Counted from the first letter of the stretch, positions 9,917 to 20,355 are shown. The stretch: 39,930 nt of DNA from Gemmatimonadales bacterium (GCA_025929805.1 JAICPP010000001.1:1-39930); one strand, 5' to 3'. Program-made: numbers and translations. Notes: generated from the letters alone by a model not told the origin.

Positions 9917-10164
9917 CCTTTCGAGTGCACGTGCGAGTCATGCCGAGGACCGGGCTGCTCGACCCTCAGGGCCAGGCGGTAGAGCACGCTCTGGCTGCTC
10001 TGGGGTTCGAGGAGGCCGGAGCAGTGCGGGTTGGGCGCGCCATCGAGCTCGACGTGGATGCCGGCTCCAAAGACGAGGCGGAGGCCCGCGCGCGGCTGAT
10101 GTGCGACAAGCTGCTGGCCAACCCCGTCACCGAGGACTATCTCCTCGACGTGGAGGAGGACTGA
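9913..10164 (+). CDS. purS: FGAM synthase subunit PurS
   Basis: 83 aa starting MTFRVHVRVMPRTGLLDPQGQAVEHALAALGF, typical of PurS. ATGA overlap with pssA. Confidence 0.88.
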   Translation: MTFRVHVRVMPRTGLLDPQGQAVEHALAALGFEEAGAVRVGRAIELDVDAGSKDEAEARARLMCDKLLANPVTEDYLLDVEED

Positions 10165-10892
10165 TGCCCCGGGTCGCCGTGGTGCGTTTTCCGGGCAGTA
10201 ACTGCGACTTCGACACCTTACGGGCGGCCGAACGGTACGGCAGCCAGGCGTACTTCGTGTGGCACCGGGACACCGACCTTCGCGGCGCCGACGTCGTGAT
10301 CCTGCCGGGAGGTTTCAGCTACGGCGACTACCTGCGCTCCGGCGCGATCGCACGCTTCAGCCCGATCATGCAGGCGGTGCAGCGCCACGCGGCAGAGGGC
10401 GGGCCGCTGCTGGGAATCTGCAATGGCTTCCAGATTCTCTGCGAGGCGCATCTACTCCCGGGAGCGTTGCTCCGAAATGCGGGGCTCACATTCGTATCCA
10501 AGCCGGTGGACGTGACCGTGGAACAAACCGACACTGCCTTTACCTGCGATTACGAGCCCGGAGCGCGGCTGCGGCTTCCGGTGGCTCACGGCGAGGGTCG
10601 CTACGTAGCGTCGCCCGACACGCTGCGGATGCTCGAGGCCGAAGGAAGAGTGGTGCTTCGTTATGTGGCGGCCACCGAGCGCTCCCCGTTTCAACCCAAC
10701 CCCAACGGGTCGGCCAACCACATCGCGGGAATCTGCAACCCAGCCGGCAACATCGTGGGCGTCATGCCGCATCCGGAACGCGCGGCCGATCGTCTACTCG
10801 GCCTGACCGGTGGGTCTGGGTTCTTCACCTCCCCGGTCTCGTCGCACCAGGACAGCTCTAATGCGAGGGTCTCCAGCAATGAAGTCGGATAA
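10164..10892 (+). CDS. purQ: FGAM synthase glutaminase subunit PurQ
   Basis: MPRVAVVRFPGSNCDFD N-terminus, nucleophile context GICNGFQ, and C-terminal MPHPER. Start moved from 10101 to the ATG at 10164, which shares one base with the purS TGA. Confidence 0.88.
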   Translation: MPRVAVVRFPGSNCDFDTLRAAERYGSQAYFVWHRDTDLRGADVVILPGGFSYGDYLRSGAIARFSPIMQAVQRHAAEGGPLLGICNGFQILCEAHLLPGALLRNAGLTFVSKPVDVTVEQTDTAFTCDYEPGARLRLPVAHGEGRYVASPDTLRMLEAEGRVVLRYVAATERSPFQPNPNGSANHIAGICNPAGNIVGVMPHPERAADRLLGLTGGSGFFTSPVSSHQDSSNARVSSNEVG

Positions 10893-11247
10893 GCCCAGTC
10901 GTAACGAGGACGAGTACTTCGCCCGCGAGGACGCGGAACTGCTTCGCAAACAGCGGGAACGAGCTCAGGCGGCCGCGCTCGAGGCCGAGCGCAAGAGCCA
11001 CTACATGAAGTGTCCCAAGGATGGACACGATCTCGCCAGCAGCCAGTATCATGGCGTTCAGATCGAGACCTGCCCTCACTGCGGTGGCATGTGGCTCGAC
11101 GCCGGGGAGCTGGATGCGGTATCTCACGAAGAGCATTCCAACGTGCTGACCCGCGTGCTCTCCGACGCGCTCTCCACGTTCCGGCGCTCGTCGCGAGGCC
11201 GCCGCGAAGACAAGCCGGTGCATGAGCCCGGCAACCCGCTCGGCTGA
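10879..11247 (+). CDS. Small zinc-ribbon protein (TFIIB-type zf-like) with charged coiled N-terminus
   Basis: [32 protein letters not shown]...[40 protein letters not shown]. The C-terminal knuckle [13 protein letters not shown] matches the zinc-ribbon family. Start taken at the ATG at 10879; the longest ORF starts at 10810. Confidence 0.6.
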   Translation: MKSDKPSRNEDEYFAREDAELLRKQRERAQAAALEAERKSHYMKCPKDGHDLASSQYHGVQIETCPHCGGMWLDAGELDAVSHEEHSNVLTRVLSDALSTFRRSSRGRREDKPVHEPGNPLG

Positions 11248-13573
11248 GGAAGCTGCATTGACCTTTTCCGGCGTCGCGAGCGCAGCCACCGAGACGATCA
11301 CTGTCCCAGGAGAGCGCCCGGTCACCCCCGAGGTAGTGCGGGAGCACAACCTCAACGAGCTGGAGTACAGCCGGATAATCGGAATGCTGGGCAGGACGCC
11401 GACGTTCACCGAGCTTGGGGTCTTCTCGGCGCTGTGGTCGGAGCATTGCTCCTACAAACACTCCCGGCCGGTGCTCAAGACCTTCCCTACCGCCGGCCCT
11501 CAGGTGCTTCAGGGGCCAGGAGAAAATGCCGGCGTTCTCCGTCTCCCCGATGGCTGGGCGGTGGCATTCAAGATCGAATCCCATAATCACCCCTCCGCGG
11601 TGGAGCCATACCAGGGAGCGGCAACCGGTGTGGGCGGTATTCTACGGGATGTCTTCACCATGGGTGCCCGCCCGGTGGCGGTACTGAACAGTCTCCGATT
11701 TGGCCCGCTCGATCATCCGCCCCGAAACCGCTATCTCTTCGCCGGTGTCGTTCGTGGCATAGGGGATTACGCGAACTGCGTAGGTGTGCCTACCCTGGGA
11801 GGTGAGGTGAATTTTGCCCCCAGCTATACCGGCAATCCGCTGGTCAATGCCATGTGTGTCGGACTGCTGCGGGAGCGCGACCTCATGCGGGCCGCGGCCC
11901 AAGGTGTCGGCAATGTGCTGCTCGTAGTGGGCGCGCGCACGGGGCGGGATGGAATCCACGGCGCCAGCTTCGCCTCGGAGGAACTTTCCGAGCAGAGCGA
12001 GAGCCGGCGACCTCAGGTTCAGGTAGGCGATCCCTTCACCGAAAAGCTGCTGCTGGAGGCGAGTCTCGAGCTGATCACCTCGCGGCTCATCGTGGCAATC
12101 CAGGACATGGGAGCTGCCGGACTAACCAGCTCATCGGCGGAGATGGCCGCGCGCGGCGGTGTGGGCGTGGAGATCGATACTGGCCTGGTGCCTACCCGGG
12201 AAGAGGGGATGACTCCTTACGAAATCCTCCTTTCCGAGTCCCAGGAGCGAATGTTGGTCGTCGCCCAGCCTTCCATGGTGCCTCAGATCCAGCAAGTCTG
12301 CGCCAAGTGGGAGCTCACCGCCACGCCGATCGGTCGGGTTACCGACGATGGAATGTTCCGGGTGAGTCATCATGGGCAGACCGCCGTCAGCATTCCGGGC
12401 CGCCGCCTGATCGAGGATTGTCCCACCTACTTCCCTGAGGCCGAAGAGGGGGAAGCAGCCCGGCTCCGGCGTTCGCAGATCGAACCCGGTGAACCCGTGG
12501 TCGACCTGGAGGGGGCACTGGAGTTGCTGCTCGACAACCCGAACATTGCGAGCAAGCGTTGGGTCTATGAGCAGTACGACTCCACGGTCCAGGCCTCTAC
12601 GGTGCTCCCACCCGGCTCCGATGCAGGCGTCATTCGGGTGCCAGGGAGCGATTTCGGCCTGGCCATGACGGTGGATTGCAACGCCAGGCTGGTGGCACTC
12701 GACCCCTATGAAGGGGGAAAGGCCGCAGTAGCCGAAGCCGCACGGAACGTCGCCGCGGCGGGAGCCAGGCCGCTCGGCATCACCAACTGTCTCAATTTCG
12801 GCAGCCCCGAGAAACCGGAGATCTTCTTCCAGTTTAGGGAGGCCTGCCGCGGCATCAGCGACGCCTGCCGCGCCTTCGGAACTCCGGTCACCGGCGGCAA
12901 CGTGTCGTTCTACAACGAGAGCCCTGCCGGAGCCATCGATCCCACGCCCACCATTGGCATGATCGGACTTCTCACCAACGTCGAAAACCGGACCGGGAGC
13001 TTCTTCGACGTACCCCAGGACGAGGTCTTCGTCCTGGGCCTCACGAGCGGCATCCTCGGAGGCTCATCCTATTGGGCCGAGGTCTGCGATTTCGTGGGGG
13101 GAGATCCTCCCGCCGTCGATCTGGACGCGGAGCTCCGGCTCCAGCGCTTCCTGGTTGCCGCCGCCGAAAACAAGCTCCTCCGCTCCGCACACGACTGCTC
13201 TGAAGGCGGTCTGGCGGTAACCCTGGCCGAGGCGGTCATCGGCGGTCCCTACGTTCCCGGCAGCCTGGGCGCCAGTCTCGACCTGACCGGATACGCGCCG
13301 GATGTACCCGTGGACGGCCTTCTGTTCGGCGAGGACGGCGCGCGTGCGGTGGTGTCCTGCTCCCAGGCCGCCGCCCGCCCGCTCATTGCGCTGGCCGACG
13401 AGCACGGCGTCCCGATCTTCCGGGCGGGCCTAGTGGTCAGTGCGGGAACCCTGGAACTGCGGGTGGGAGCTCAATTGTTCTCCTGGAGCACCGAGGCATT
13501 GCGGCGGATCTACTTCGAGGCGATCCCCCGTCGGATGCAGCACCCCGACGTCGATCGCGCGGCGGGAGAATAG
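11222..13573 (+). CDS. purL: FGAM synthase II (PurL, small type)
   Basis: SEHCSYKHS motif and AIR-synthase-like repeats. 783 aa. An alternative TTG at 11258, preceded by GAGGAAG, would remove the 26-nt overlap. Confidence 0.9.
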   Translation: MSPATRSAEEAALTFSGVASAATETITVPGERPVTPEVVREHNLNELEYSRIIGMLGRTPTFTELGVFSALWSEHCSYKHSRPVLKTFPTAGPQVLQGPGENAGVLRLPDGWAVAFKIESHNHPSAVEPYQGAATGVGGILRDVFTMGARPVAVLNSLRFGPLDHPPRNRYLFAGVVRGIGDYANCVGVPTLGGEVNFAPSYTGNPLVNAMCVGLLRERDLMRAAAQGVGNVLLVVGARTGRDGIHGASFASEELSEQSESRRPQVQVGDPFTEKLLLEASLELITSRLIVAIQDMGAAGLTSSSAEMAARGGVGVEIDTGLVPTREEGMTPYEILLSESQERMLVVAQPSMVPQIQQVCAKWELTATPIGRVTDDGMFRVSHHGQTAVSIPGRRLIEDCPTYFPEAEEGEAARLRRSQIEPGEPVVDLEGALELLLDNPNIASKRWVYEQYDSTVQASTVLPPGSDAGVIRVPGSDFGLAMTVDCNARLVALDPYEGGKAAVAEAARNVAAAGARPLGITNCLNFGSPEKPEIFFQFREACRGISDACRAFGTPVTGGNVSFYNESPAGAIDPTPTIGMIGLLTNVENRTGSFFDVPQDEVFVLGLTSGILGGSSYWAEVCDFVGGDPPAVDLDAELRLQRFLVAAAENKLLRSAHDCSEGGLAVTLAEAVIGGPYVPGSLGASLDLTGYAPDVPVDGLLFGEDGARAVVSCSQAAARPLIALADEHGVPIFRAGLVVSAGTLELRVGAQLFSWSTEALRRIYFEAIPRRMQHPDVDRAAGE

Positions 13574-13574
13574 C

Positions 13575-14969
13575 ATGTGTGGCATCATCGGCGTTTCGGC
13601 ACTCCCTGACGCGGCCCGGCTGGCCTATCTGGGTCTCTATGCCCTCCAGCATCGGGGCCAGGAGAGCGCGGGCATGGTGGTAATCGACCAGCACGGGACT
13701 GCGCGCTCCCACCGGGGAATGGGTCTGGTCTCAGAGAACTTCGATGACGAGATCCTGGCCGGACTTCCGGGCGACGTAGCCGTTGGCCACACCCGATACT
13801 CGACTACCGGCAGCACCGTCCTGGCCAACGCCCAGCCCTGCAACGTGAATACGCGGTGCGGGCCGCTGGCGATCGCGCATAATGGGAACCTCATCAACGC
13901 CGACGCCCTCAAGCGGGACCTGGTGGAGCGCGGGGCCATCTTCACCAGCTCGAGCGATACCGAGGTTCTGGTGCACCTGATCGCCCGCTCCGAGGCCGAC
14001 ACGGTGGACGAGCAGATCCGGGAAGCCCTGGAACAGGTCGATGGCGCGTATAGTCTGGTCATCACCGTGGGGCGGACCATGTACGCCGTGGTCGACAGCC
14101 GCGGATTTCGTCCGCTCGTCATCGGCCGGATGGGCCACGGAATCGTGGTCGCCTCCGAGTCCTGCGCCCTGGACCTCATCGGGGCGTCGTTCCATTGCGA
14201 GCTGCGACCGGGCGATTTCGTCCGAATCGACAACGGACAGGTTACCCACCTGCCCCGTTTGGCGCCCAGGCCGGTGACCCGCTGCGTGTTCGAGCTGGTG
14301 TACTTTGCGCGGCCCGACAGCATGGTGTTCGGTGAGTCAGTGGACCGAGTGAGACGAGAGTTGGGACGCCAGCTGGCCCGGGAGCAGCCTGCGCCGGGAG
14401 GTGATGTCGTTTTCAGCGTTCCTGACAGCTCCAACGCCATGGCCCTGGGGTTTGCCGAGGAGTCCGGCATCAAGCTGGAGTATGGTCTCATCCGCAACCA
14501 TTACGTCGGCCGAACTTTCATCAACCCGACCCAGGCGCTCCGGACTGCCAAGGTCAAGATCAAGTTCAACCCGGTGCGAGAGGTCATCCACGGGAAGTCG
14601 GTCGTGGTGGTGGACGACAGCCTGGTGCGGGGGAACACCAGCAAGGAACTGGTGCAGATGATCCGGGCCGCGGGCGCCCGAGAGGTGCACCTCCGGTTGG
14701 GCTCCCCGCCCATTACCGGTCCCTGCTACTATGGAATCGACACTCCGAGTCGCGAGGAGCTCATTGCCGCAACTCATTCCATTGAAGAGATCCGGCAGTT
14801 CCTCGGGGTGGACACCCTGGGATACTTGTCACTTAACGGCATGCTCCACGCCGCCGGAAAGGACACCGGATTCTGTCATGCCTGCTTCTCCGGTAAGTAT
14901 CCCACACCCACCCCCAACGACCCGGTGCGTCTTCGACATGCGACACCGCTGATTGCCACCCCCGCATGA
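13575..14969 (+). CDS. purF: Amidophosphoribosyltransferase
   Basis: Ntn-type N-terminus MCGIIGV, plus the PRPP-binding VVVVDDSLVRGNT. Start moved from 13440 to 13575, 1 nt after the purL stop. Confidence 0.92.
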   Translation: MCGIIGVSALPDAARLAYLGLYALQHRGQESAGMVVIDQHGTARSHRGMGLVSENFDDEILAGLPGDVAVGHTRYSTTGSTVLANAQPCNVNTRCGPLAIAHNGNLINADALKRDLVERGAIFTSSSDTEVLVHLIARSEADTVDEQIREALEQVDGAYSLVITVGRTMYAVVDSRGFRPLVIGRMGHGIVVASESCALDLIGASFHCELRPGDFVRIDNGQVTHLPRLAPRPVTRCVFELVYFARPDSMVFGESVDRVRRELGRQLAREQPAPGGDVVFSVPDSSNAMALGFAEESGIKLEYGLIRNHYVGRTFINPTQALRTAKVKIKFNPVREVIHGKSVVVVDDSLVRGNTSKELVQMIRAAGAREVHLRLGSPPITGPCYYGIDTPSREELIAATHSIEEIRQFLGVDTLGYLSLNGMLHAAGKDTGFCHACFSGKYPTPTPNDPVRLRHATPLIATPA

Positions 14970-17632
14970 GCGGCCCGTACACCCAGCCGCTGGTCTACTC
15001 CTTCGGTCAGGGCCGTGCCGACGGTACGGCAGCAATGAAGGATGTTCTCGGCGGGAAGGGTGCGGGTCTCGCCGAGATGACGACGATCGGCATTCCGGTT
15101 CCGCCCGGCTTTACCATCGCCAGCAACATCTGCATCCACTATCTCGAGAACGGTCAATTCCCCAAGCGTCTCCAGACGCAGGTGGAGAACGCCCTTCAGC
15201 GGCTGGAGGCCGCCACCGGCAAGCATCTGGGTGATGGTGACAACCCGTTACTGGTCTCGGTCCGCTCCGGTGCCGCTGTGTCCATGCCGGGAATGATGGA
15301 GACCATCCTCAATCTCGGGTTGAACGATGTAACGGTCGAAGGCCTGACTCGGCAGAGCGGCAATCCTCGCTTTGCCTGGGATTCCTACCGCCGGTTCGTG
15401 CAGATGTACGGCAGCGTCGTGTTCGACCTTCCCAAACAGCCGTTCGAGCAGATCCTCGAAGAGCACAAGCATCAATGCCGGATCGAGCGGGACATCGATC
15501 TTCCGGTGGAGGAGATGCAGGCCATTGTCCGCCGGTTCAAGGATCGTGTGCGGGCGGAAACGGCCCGCGAGTTCCCGGCGGAGCCGCTCGATCAGCTGTG
15601 GGGGGCCATAGCCGCGGTCTTCGAGAGCTGGAACACTCGTAGGGCCATCGATTATCGAAAGCTGCACGACATTCCGGACACCATGGGCACCGCCGTCAAC
15701 ATTGTCGCCATGGTCTTCGGCAATCTGGGCGAGGACTCCGGAACCGGCGTTGCCTTCAGCCGAGATCCGTCGACCGGCGAGCAGCGGCTGTACGGTGAGT
15801 TTCTGATAAATGCTCAGGGAGAGGACGTGGTCTCGGGGAGCCGGACACCCCTGCCGATCGACAAACTGAAGGAGCAGCTGCCGCATTCGTATCAGGAACT
15901 GGAGCGGGTAGCGCGAACGCTGGAGCGGCACTTTCGGGACGTGCAGGACATGGAGTTCACCATCGAGCGGGGCAACCTGTACATGTTACAGACCCGGCGG
16001 GGGCAACGCTCCGGTCACGCGGCCGTCCAGATCGCCTGCGACATGGTGGACGAAGAATTGATCACTGAGCAGGAAGCCGTTGCCCGTATTCCCCCGAACG
16101 ATCTGAATCAGCTGCTCCATCCCACGATCGACCCGAATAGCCGCCTGGACCTGCTCACGACCGGACTTCCGGCCTCCCCGGGCGCGGCCTGCGGCACCGT
16201 GGTGTTTGACGCGGACGAGGCCGAGCGACTGGGACGGGCCGGCCAGTCCGTCATACTGGTGCGCCGGGAGACCTCGCCGGAGGACTTCCATGGGATGGTG
16301 ACGGCCAAGGCCATCCTCACCGCTCGGGGAGGGATGACCTCGCACGCTGCAGTAGTTGCCCGGGGGATGGGAAAACCGTGCGTAGCCGGCGCTCAGGCCC
16401 TTCAGGTGGATGAGAAATCTAATCGCTTCTCCGTGAATGGCCGGAGCATCGCGGAGGGCGAGTGGATCACGGTGGACGGCAGCAGCGGAAAGGTGTTCGC
16501 CGGCCAGGCCGCGCTCATCGCGCCGGAGCTCAGCGGGAACTTCAGCCGGCTGATGAAATGGGCCGACCGCATCATGCAGCTCAGGGTGCGGGTCAATGCC
16601 GACACTCCCGCCGACGCCCATCGGGGCCGCGACTTCGGCGCCGAGGGTATCGGGCTCTGCCGGACCGAGCACATGTTCTTCGACGGCGATCGACTGGTAG
16701 TGATGCGAGAAATGATCGTGGCGCAGGATGCCGCCGGCAGGCAGCAGGCATTGGCCAAGCTACTGCCCATGCAACGGGGCGACTTCGAAGCGATCTTTCG
16801 CGCGATGGAGGGTTACCCCGTCACCATTCGACTGCTCGACCCCCCGCTCCACGAATTCCTACCGAAAGAGCAACCCGAGATCGAGGCTCTCGCACGGGAG
16901 CTCAAGATGGAGCTGCAGGCGCTCGAGCGGATCGTCGAGGGCTTGCATGAGGTGAATCCCATGCTCGGCTTGAGAGGCTGCCGGCTGGGCATCATCTATC
17001 CCGAGATTACCGCCATGCAGGTGCGCGCCATCTTCGAGGCCGCCTGCACGGTGGCGCTTCGCAAGGGCCGAGTCATGCCCGAGGTCATGATTCCACTCAC
17101 GGCTACCGTGGTGGAATTCCGCAAGCAAGCGCTGATCGTGCGGCAGGTGGCCGAAGAAGTCTTTCAGGAGCGTCAAATCACGGTCCCCTATCTACTCGGC
17201 ACCATGATCGAGCTCCCCCGCGCCGCGCTGACGGCGGACGAGCTTGCACGAGAAGCGCAGTTCTTCTCCTTCGGAACCAACGATCTTACCCAGACCACGT
17301 GGGGCCTCTCCCGGGACGATGCCGGACGGTTCTTGCCCTTCTACCTGGAGAACGGCGTCATCGAGGACGATCCCTTCCAGGTTTTGGATCTAGCCGGGGT
17401 CGGCAAGTTGATCAGCATGGCGTGTGACCTGGGCCGCAAGACCCGGCCTGATCTCAAGCTCGGCATTTGTGGGGAGCACGGCGGCGATCCATCCGCCGTA
17501 GCCTTCTGTGACCGGCTGGGAATGAACTACGTGTCCTGTTCGCCGTTCCGGGTCCCCATCGCCCGCCTCGCCGCGGCACAGGCCGCCCTTGCCGCACGGG
17601 GCACCATGGATCGAACTCGCGCGACCGTGTGA
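14966..17632 (+). CDS. ppdK: Pyruvate, phosphate dikinase
   Basis: 888 aa with the phospho-His motif GGMTSHAAVVARGMGKPCV and C-terminal GICGEHGGDP. ATGA overlap with purF. Confidence 0.93.
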   Translation: MSGPYTQPLVYSFGQGRADGTAAMKDVLGGKGAGLAEMTTIGIPVPPGFTIASNICIHYLENGQFPKRLQTQVENALQRLEAATGKHLGDGDNPLLVSVRSGAAVSMPGMMETILNLGLNDVTVEGLTRQSGNPRFAWDSYRRFVQMYGSVVFDLPKQPFEQILEEHKHQCRIERDIDLPVEEMQAIVRRFKDRVRAETAREFPAEPLDQLWGAIAAVFESWNTRRAIDYRKLHDIPDTMGTAVNIVAMVFGNLGEDSGTGVAFSRDPSTGEQRLYGEFLINAQGEDVVSGSRTPLPIDKLKEQLPHSYQELERVARTLERHFRDVQDMEFTIERGNLYMLQTRRGQRSGHAAVQIACDMVDEELITEQEAVARIPPNDLNQLLHPTIDPNSRLDLLTTGLPASPGAACGTVVFDADEAERLGRAGQSVILVRRETSPEDFHGMVTAKAILTARGGMTSHAAVVARGMGKPCVAGAQALQVDEKSNRFSVNGRSIAEGEWITVDGSSGKVFAGQAALIAPELSGNFSRLMKWADRIMQLRVRVNADTPADAHRGRDFGAEGIGLCRTEHMFFDGDRLVVMREMIVAQDAAGRQQALAKLLPMQRGDFEAIFRAMEGYPVTIRLLDPPLHEFLPKEQPEIEALARELKMELQALERIVEGLHEVNPMLGLRGCRLGIIYPEITAMQVRAIFEAACTVALRKGRVMPEVMIPLTATVVEFRKQALIVRQVAEEVFQERQITVPYLLGTMIELPRAALTADELAREAQFFSFGTNDLTQTTWGLSRDDAGRFLPFYLENGVIEDDPFQVLDLAGVGKLISMACDLGRKTRPDLKLGICGEHGGDPSAVAFCDRLGMNYVSCSPFRVPIARLAAAQAALAARGTMDRTRATV

Positions 17633-17649
17633 GCCCTCCGCCTCGGCGG

Positions 17650-17994
17650 CTATGCTCTCGCGAAGATCTCCAGCATGGAATGTCCGTAGGGATTGAACTC
17701 GGAGCGGGGCCCGGCAAAGCTGCGGTCACTCATCTCGACTTCGCCGATGCCGGTGGTGATGAACGCGCGCCATCCCGGAACTTCGCCCCTATGGCTGCCG
17801 CCCGCGGTCTGGTAGCCAAGAAGGATCGGCTCACCTGCCTCATGAAGACCTAGCAAGTAGGGCTCCACAGTACGGCGGTAGCCCTGATAAATGAACTCCA
17901 CCACCCGATGATCCAGAATCGCCCGCACCAGTCGCTCGCCATTGGTGAGCTCCTGCAGACCGCGATCCTGCGTAGTAGTTTGTTGCTCCGGCAT
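17650..17994 (-). CDS. Stand-alone WYL-domain protein (about 114 aa)
   Basis: RLVRAILDHRVVEFIYQGYRRTVEPYLLGLHEAGEPILLGYQTAGGSHRGEVPGWRAFITTGIGEVEMSDRSF follows the WYL-domain pattern (R-x-VEPY ... L-x-GYQ ... WR-x-F ... I). Start set at MPEQQ (ATG 17994), preceded by GAGG SD. The longest ORF starts at 18126. Confidence 0.6.
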   Translation of the reverse strand: MPEQQTTTQDRGLQELTNGERLVRAILDHRVVEFIYQGYRRTVEPYLLGLHEAGEPILLGYQTAGGSHRGEVPGWRAFITTGIGEVEMSDRSFAGPRSEFNPYGHSMLEIFARA

Positions 17995-18045
17995 CGTGCA
18001 CCTCGCGGTTCTAAGTCCCTCAAGGTAGTCGGCCTGCCACACGAC

Positions 18046-18075
18046 TTGCCACGGCCGGTCGTCCGACTCTTTATT
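18046..18075 (+). promoter_or_regulatory. Candidate purE promoter (-35 TTGCCA, 18 nt, -10 TTTATT)
   Basis: TTGCCA 18046-18051 and TTTATT 18070-18075, 49 nt before the purE ATG. Confidence 0.3.
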
Positions 18076-18124
18076 CCTGCCTCGTGACTTTGAGAAACTC
18101 TCCATCAGCGTGCAGGAAGACGTC

Positions 18125-18619
18125 ATGACTCAAGCCGCGGTGGGCATCGTCATGGGCAGCGACTCCGATTGGGAGGTGATGCAGCACGCGGCCCGGCGGC
18201 TGCTCGAGCTCGGGATACAGCACGAAGCTCGAGTCGTATCGGCTCACCGCACGCCGGACCTGCTGTACCGATATGCCGAGGACGCGGCCGGCCGCGGACT
18301 TCGTTGCATCATCGCCGGGGCGGGCGGTGCGGCTCATCTCCCCGGTATGCTGGCTGCCAAGACAACTCTCCCCGTGCTCGGCGTACCCATTCCCACCAAA
18401 CATCTCCAGGGTCTCGACTCGCTTCTTTCGATCGTTCAAATGCCGGCGGGCATTCCGGTCGCGACATTCGCCATTGGTAGTGCTGGTGCCGGCAACGCTG
18501 GCCTCTATGCCGCCGCTATTCTGGCGCTTCAAGATGCCGATCTGGCCGAACGACTCGAGGACTTCCGCCGGGCTCAGGAGCGCCGGGTACTCGATCTGAG
18601 ACTACCGGAGCTCTCGTGA
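18125..18619 (+). CDS. purE: N5-CAIR mutase
   Basis: [14 protein letters not shown] and VSAHRTPD motifs. AGGAAG SD 6 nt before the ATG at 18125. Confidence 0.92.
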   Translation: MTQAAVGIVMGSDSDWEVMQHAARRLLELGIQHEARVVSAHRTPDLLYRYAEDAAGRGLRCIIAGAGGAAHLPGMLAAKTTLPVLGVPIPTKHLQGLDSLLSIVQMPAGIPVATFAIGSAGAGNAGLYAAAILALQDADLAERLEDFRRAQERRVLDLRLPELS

Positions 18620-19758
18620 TCCTTCCGGGCGCCGCGGTGGGCGTCCTGGGAGGTGGGCAGCTGGGTCGAATGTTTGCCTTGCAGGCCCACACCATGGGCT
18701 ACCGGGTCGTGGTGCTCGATCCTGATCCGCATAGCCCCGCCGGTGCCGTGGCGGACCGCCATCTCCAGGCCCCCTACGATGACGAATCCGCTCTGGCCGA
18801 GCTCTCGCGCAGCTGCGCGGCGATCACGACCGAATTCGAGAACGTGCCCGCGGTGGCCCTCCAGCGACTCTCGCGCGCCTCCATCGTTCGTCCTCCCATC
18901 CACGCAGTAGCTACGACGCAGGATCGGATTGCCGAAAAGACGTACCTGCAAAGTGAGGGCTTTGCCACCACGGCGTTCCGGTCGATTCAGAGCAGGAGGG
19001 ATTTGGCAACCGCCGTCTCCGAGATTCCCTTCCCAGCCATCCTCAAGACCAGCCGCCTGGGATACGACGGCAAGGGTCAGGCGGTGGTCACAAACGAGTC
19101 GGATGCGGTTGTCGCGTTCGAGCGTTTCGGCCAGGTTCCTTGTGTACTGGAAGAGCGGGTGCTGCTGGACCGCGAGCTGTCGGTCATCGTGGCGCGAGGA
19201 GCCGATGGTGAGATCGCCACCTTCCCGGTGTCGGAGAATCGACACCGGGACGGGATTCTGGAAACTTCGCTCGTGCCCGCGCGTATTTCCGCGCAGCTAG
19301 CCCAGCAGGCGCGAGAGCTGGCGGTGGCGCTGGCCGGCGCCATGAGGTATGTCGGGGTGCTCGGAATCGAGCTGTTCGTGACCCGAGGTGAGCAGCTGCT
19401 GGTGAACGAAATGGCGCCGCGCCCCCACAACAGTGGACACTACACCATGGATGCGTGCTCTGCCGACCAGTTTGAACAACAGCTCCGAGCGCTCTGCGGG
19501 CTGCCACTCGCCCGGCCCTGGCTGCTCTCCCCCGTGGCAATGATCAACCTGCTCGGTGATCTGTGGAGCGGTGGCGAGCCACGCTGGGAGGAGGCGCTAC
19601 GGCGGCCCGGGGTTCGGCTGCATCTGTATGGCAAGACCGAAGCCCGCCCGGGCCGGAAGATGGGTCATTTGAACTGCCTGGCTCCCGATGCCGAGCAGGC
19701 ACTGGCCCTGGCAGTAGAGACGAGAGACGCACTTGTGCGGCGCGAAACCACGCCCTGA
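18616..19758 (+). CDS. purK: N5-CAIR synthetase (ATP-grasp)
   Basis: [13 protein letters not shown]-terminus and C-terminal GRKMGHL. GTGA overlap with purE. Confidence 0.9.
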   Translation: MILPGAAVGVLGGGQLGRMFALQAHTMGYRVVVLDPDPHSPAGAVADRHLQAPYDDESALAELSRSCAAITTEFENVPAVALQRLSRASIVRPPIHAVATTQDRIAEKTYLQSEGFATTAFRSIQSRRDLATAVSEIPFPAILKTSRLGYDGKGQAVVTNESDAVVAFERFGQVPCVLEERVLLDRELSVIVARGADGEIATFPVSENRHRDGILETSLVPARISAQLAQQARELAVALAGAMRYVGVLGIELFVTRGEQLLVNEMAPRPHNSGHYTMDACSADQFEQQLRALCGLPLARPWLLSPVAMINLLGDLWSGGEPRWEEALRRPGVRLHLYGKTEARPGRKMGHLNCLAPDAEQALALAVETRDALVRRETTP

Positions 19759-19767
19759 GGAGGAGTC

Positions 19768-20355
19768 ATGTTCACGATAGCAGGCCTTGCGCTAGTAACT
19801 ACCCTCGCCACGGGGGATCTCGTGGCCGGAATGCCGGCTGTCTCCGCCGACACCGCATGTCCGCACCGGAATGTCCCCCTCGAGGGGCGGAAAAGCCCGT
19901 TGGACTCTCTGACCTTCTCAGTGGCCGGCAAGCAGGTCAAAGTCTGCTACGGCAGGCCCTCGTCACGGGGGCGGGTAATGCTGGGCGGCGAGAATGTTCC
20001 CTACGGAAAGGTGTGGCGAACCGGAGCAAACGAGCCAACCATCATCTTCACGTCAACTCCCCTGAAGGTTGCGGGACTCTCGGTAGCACCTGGCGCTTAT
20101 TCGCTCTATACCGTACCAGGCGCACGGGAGTGGGAGATCATCGTGAACCGCTCGACCTCCCAGTGGGGGGAGGAGAGCAACTACACGGACAAGGTCAAAG
20201 CCCAGGAGGTCGGGCGGGCCAAGGTAAAAACCGAAACGGTGAGCAAGCCGGTAGAAACGTTCACGATCTCGGCAGAGCCGTCACCAGGCAAGGCTACAGC
20301 CTTGGTATTGGAGTGGGAAAAGACCCGGGTCAAGATTCCAGTGGCGGGTGCATAG
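19768..20355 (+). CDS. Secreted DUF2911-like protein
   Basis: Signal-like N-terminus and YGRPSSRGRVMLGGENVPYGKVWRTGANEPT, the motif block I associate with DUF2911. GAGGAGGAG SD. Confidence 0.6.
   Translation: MFTIAGLALVTTLATGDLVAGMPAVSADTACPHRNVPLEGRKSPLDSLTFSVAGKQVKVCYGRPSSRGRVMLGGENVPYGKVWRTGANEPTIIFTSTPLKVAGLSVAPGAYSLYTVPGAREWEIIVNRSTSQWGEESNYTDKVKAQEVGRAKVKTETVSKPVETFTISAEPSPGKATALVLEWEKTRVKIPVAGA

Noticed and set aside
17995-18124. Possible purine or ZTP riboswitch upstream of purE-purK
   Set aside because: I could not find the conserved purine-riboswitch junction sequences or the ZTP pseudoknot motif (GGGUCGUGAC ... CCGCCUGGGCA type). With the candidate promoter, the leader is only about 49 nt.
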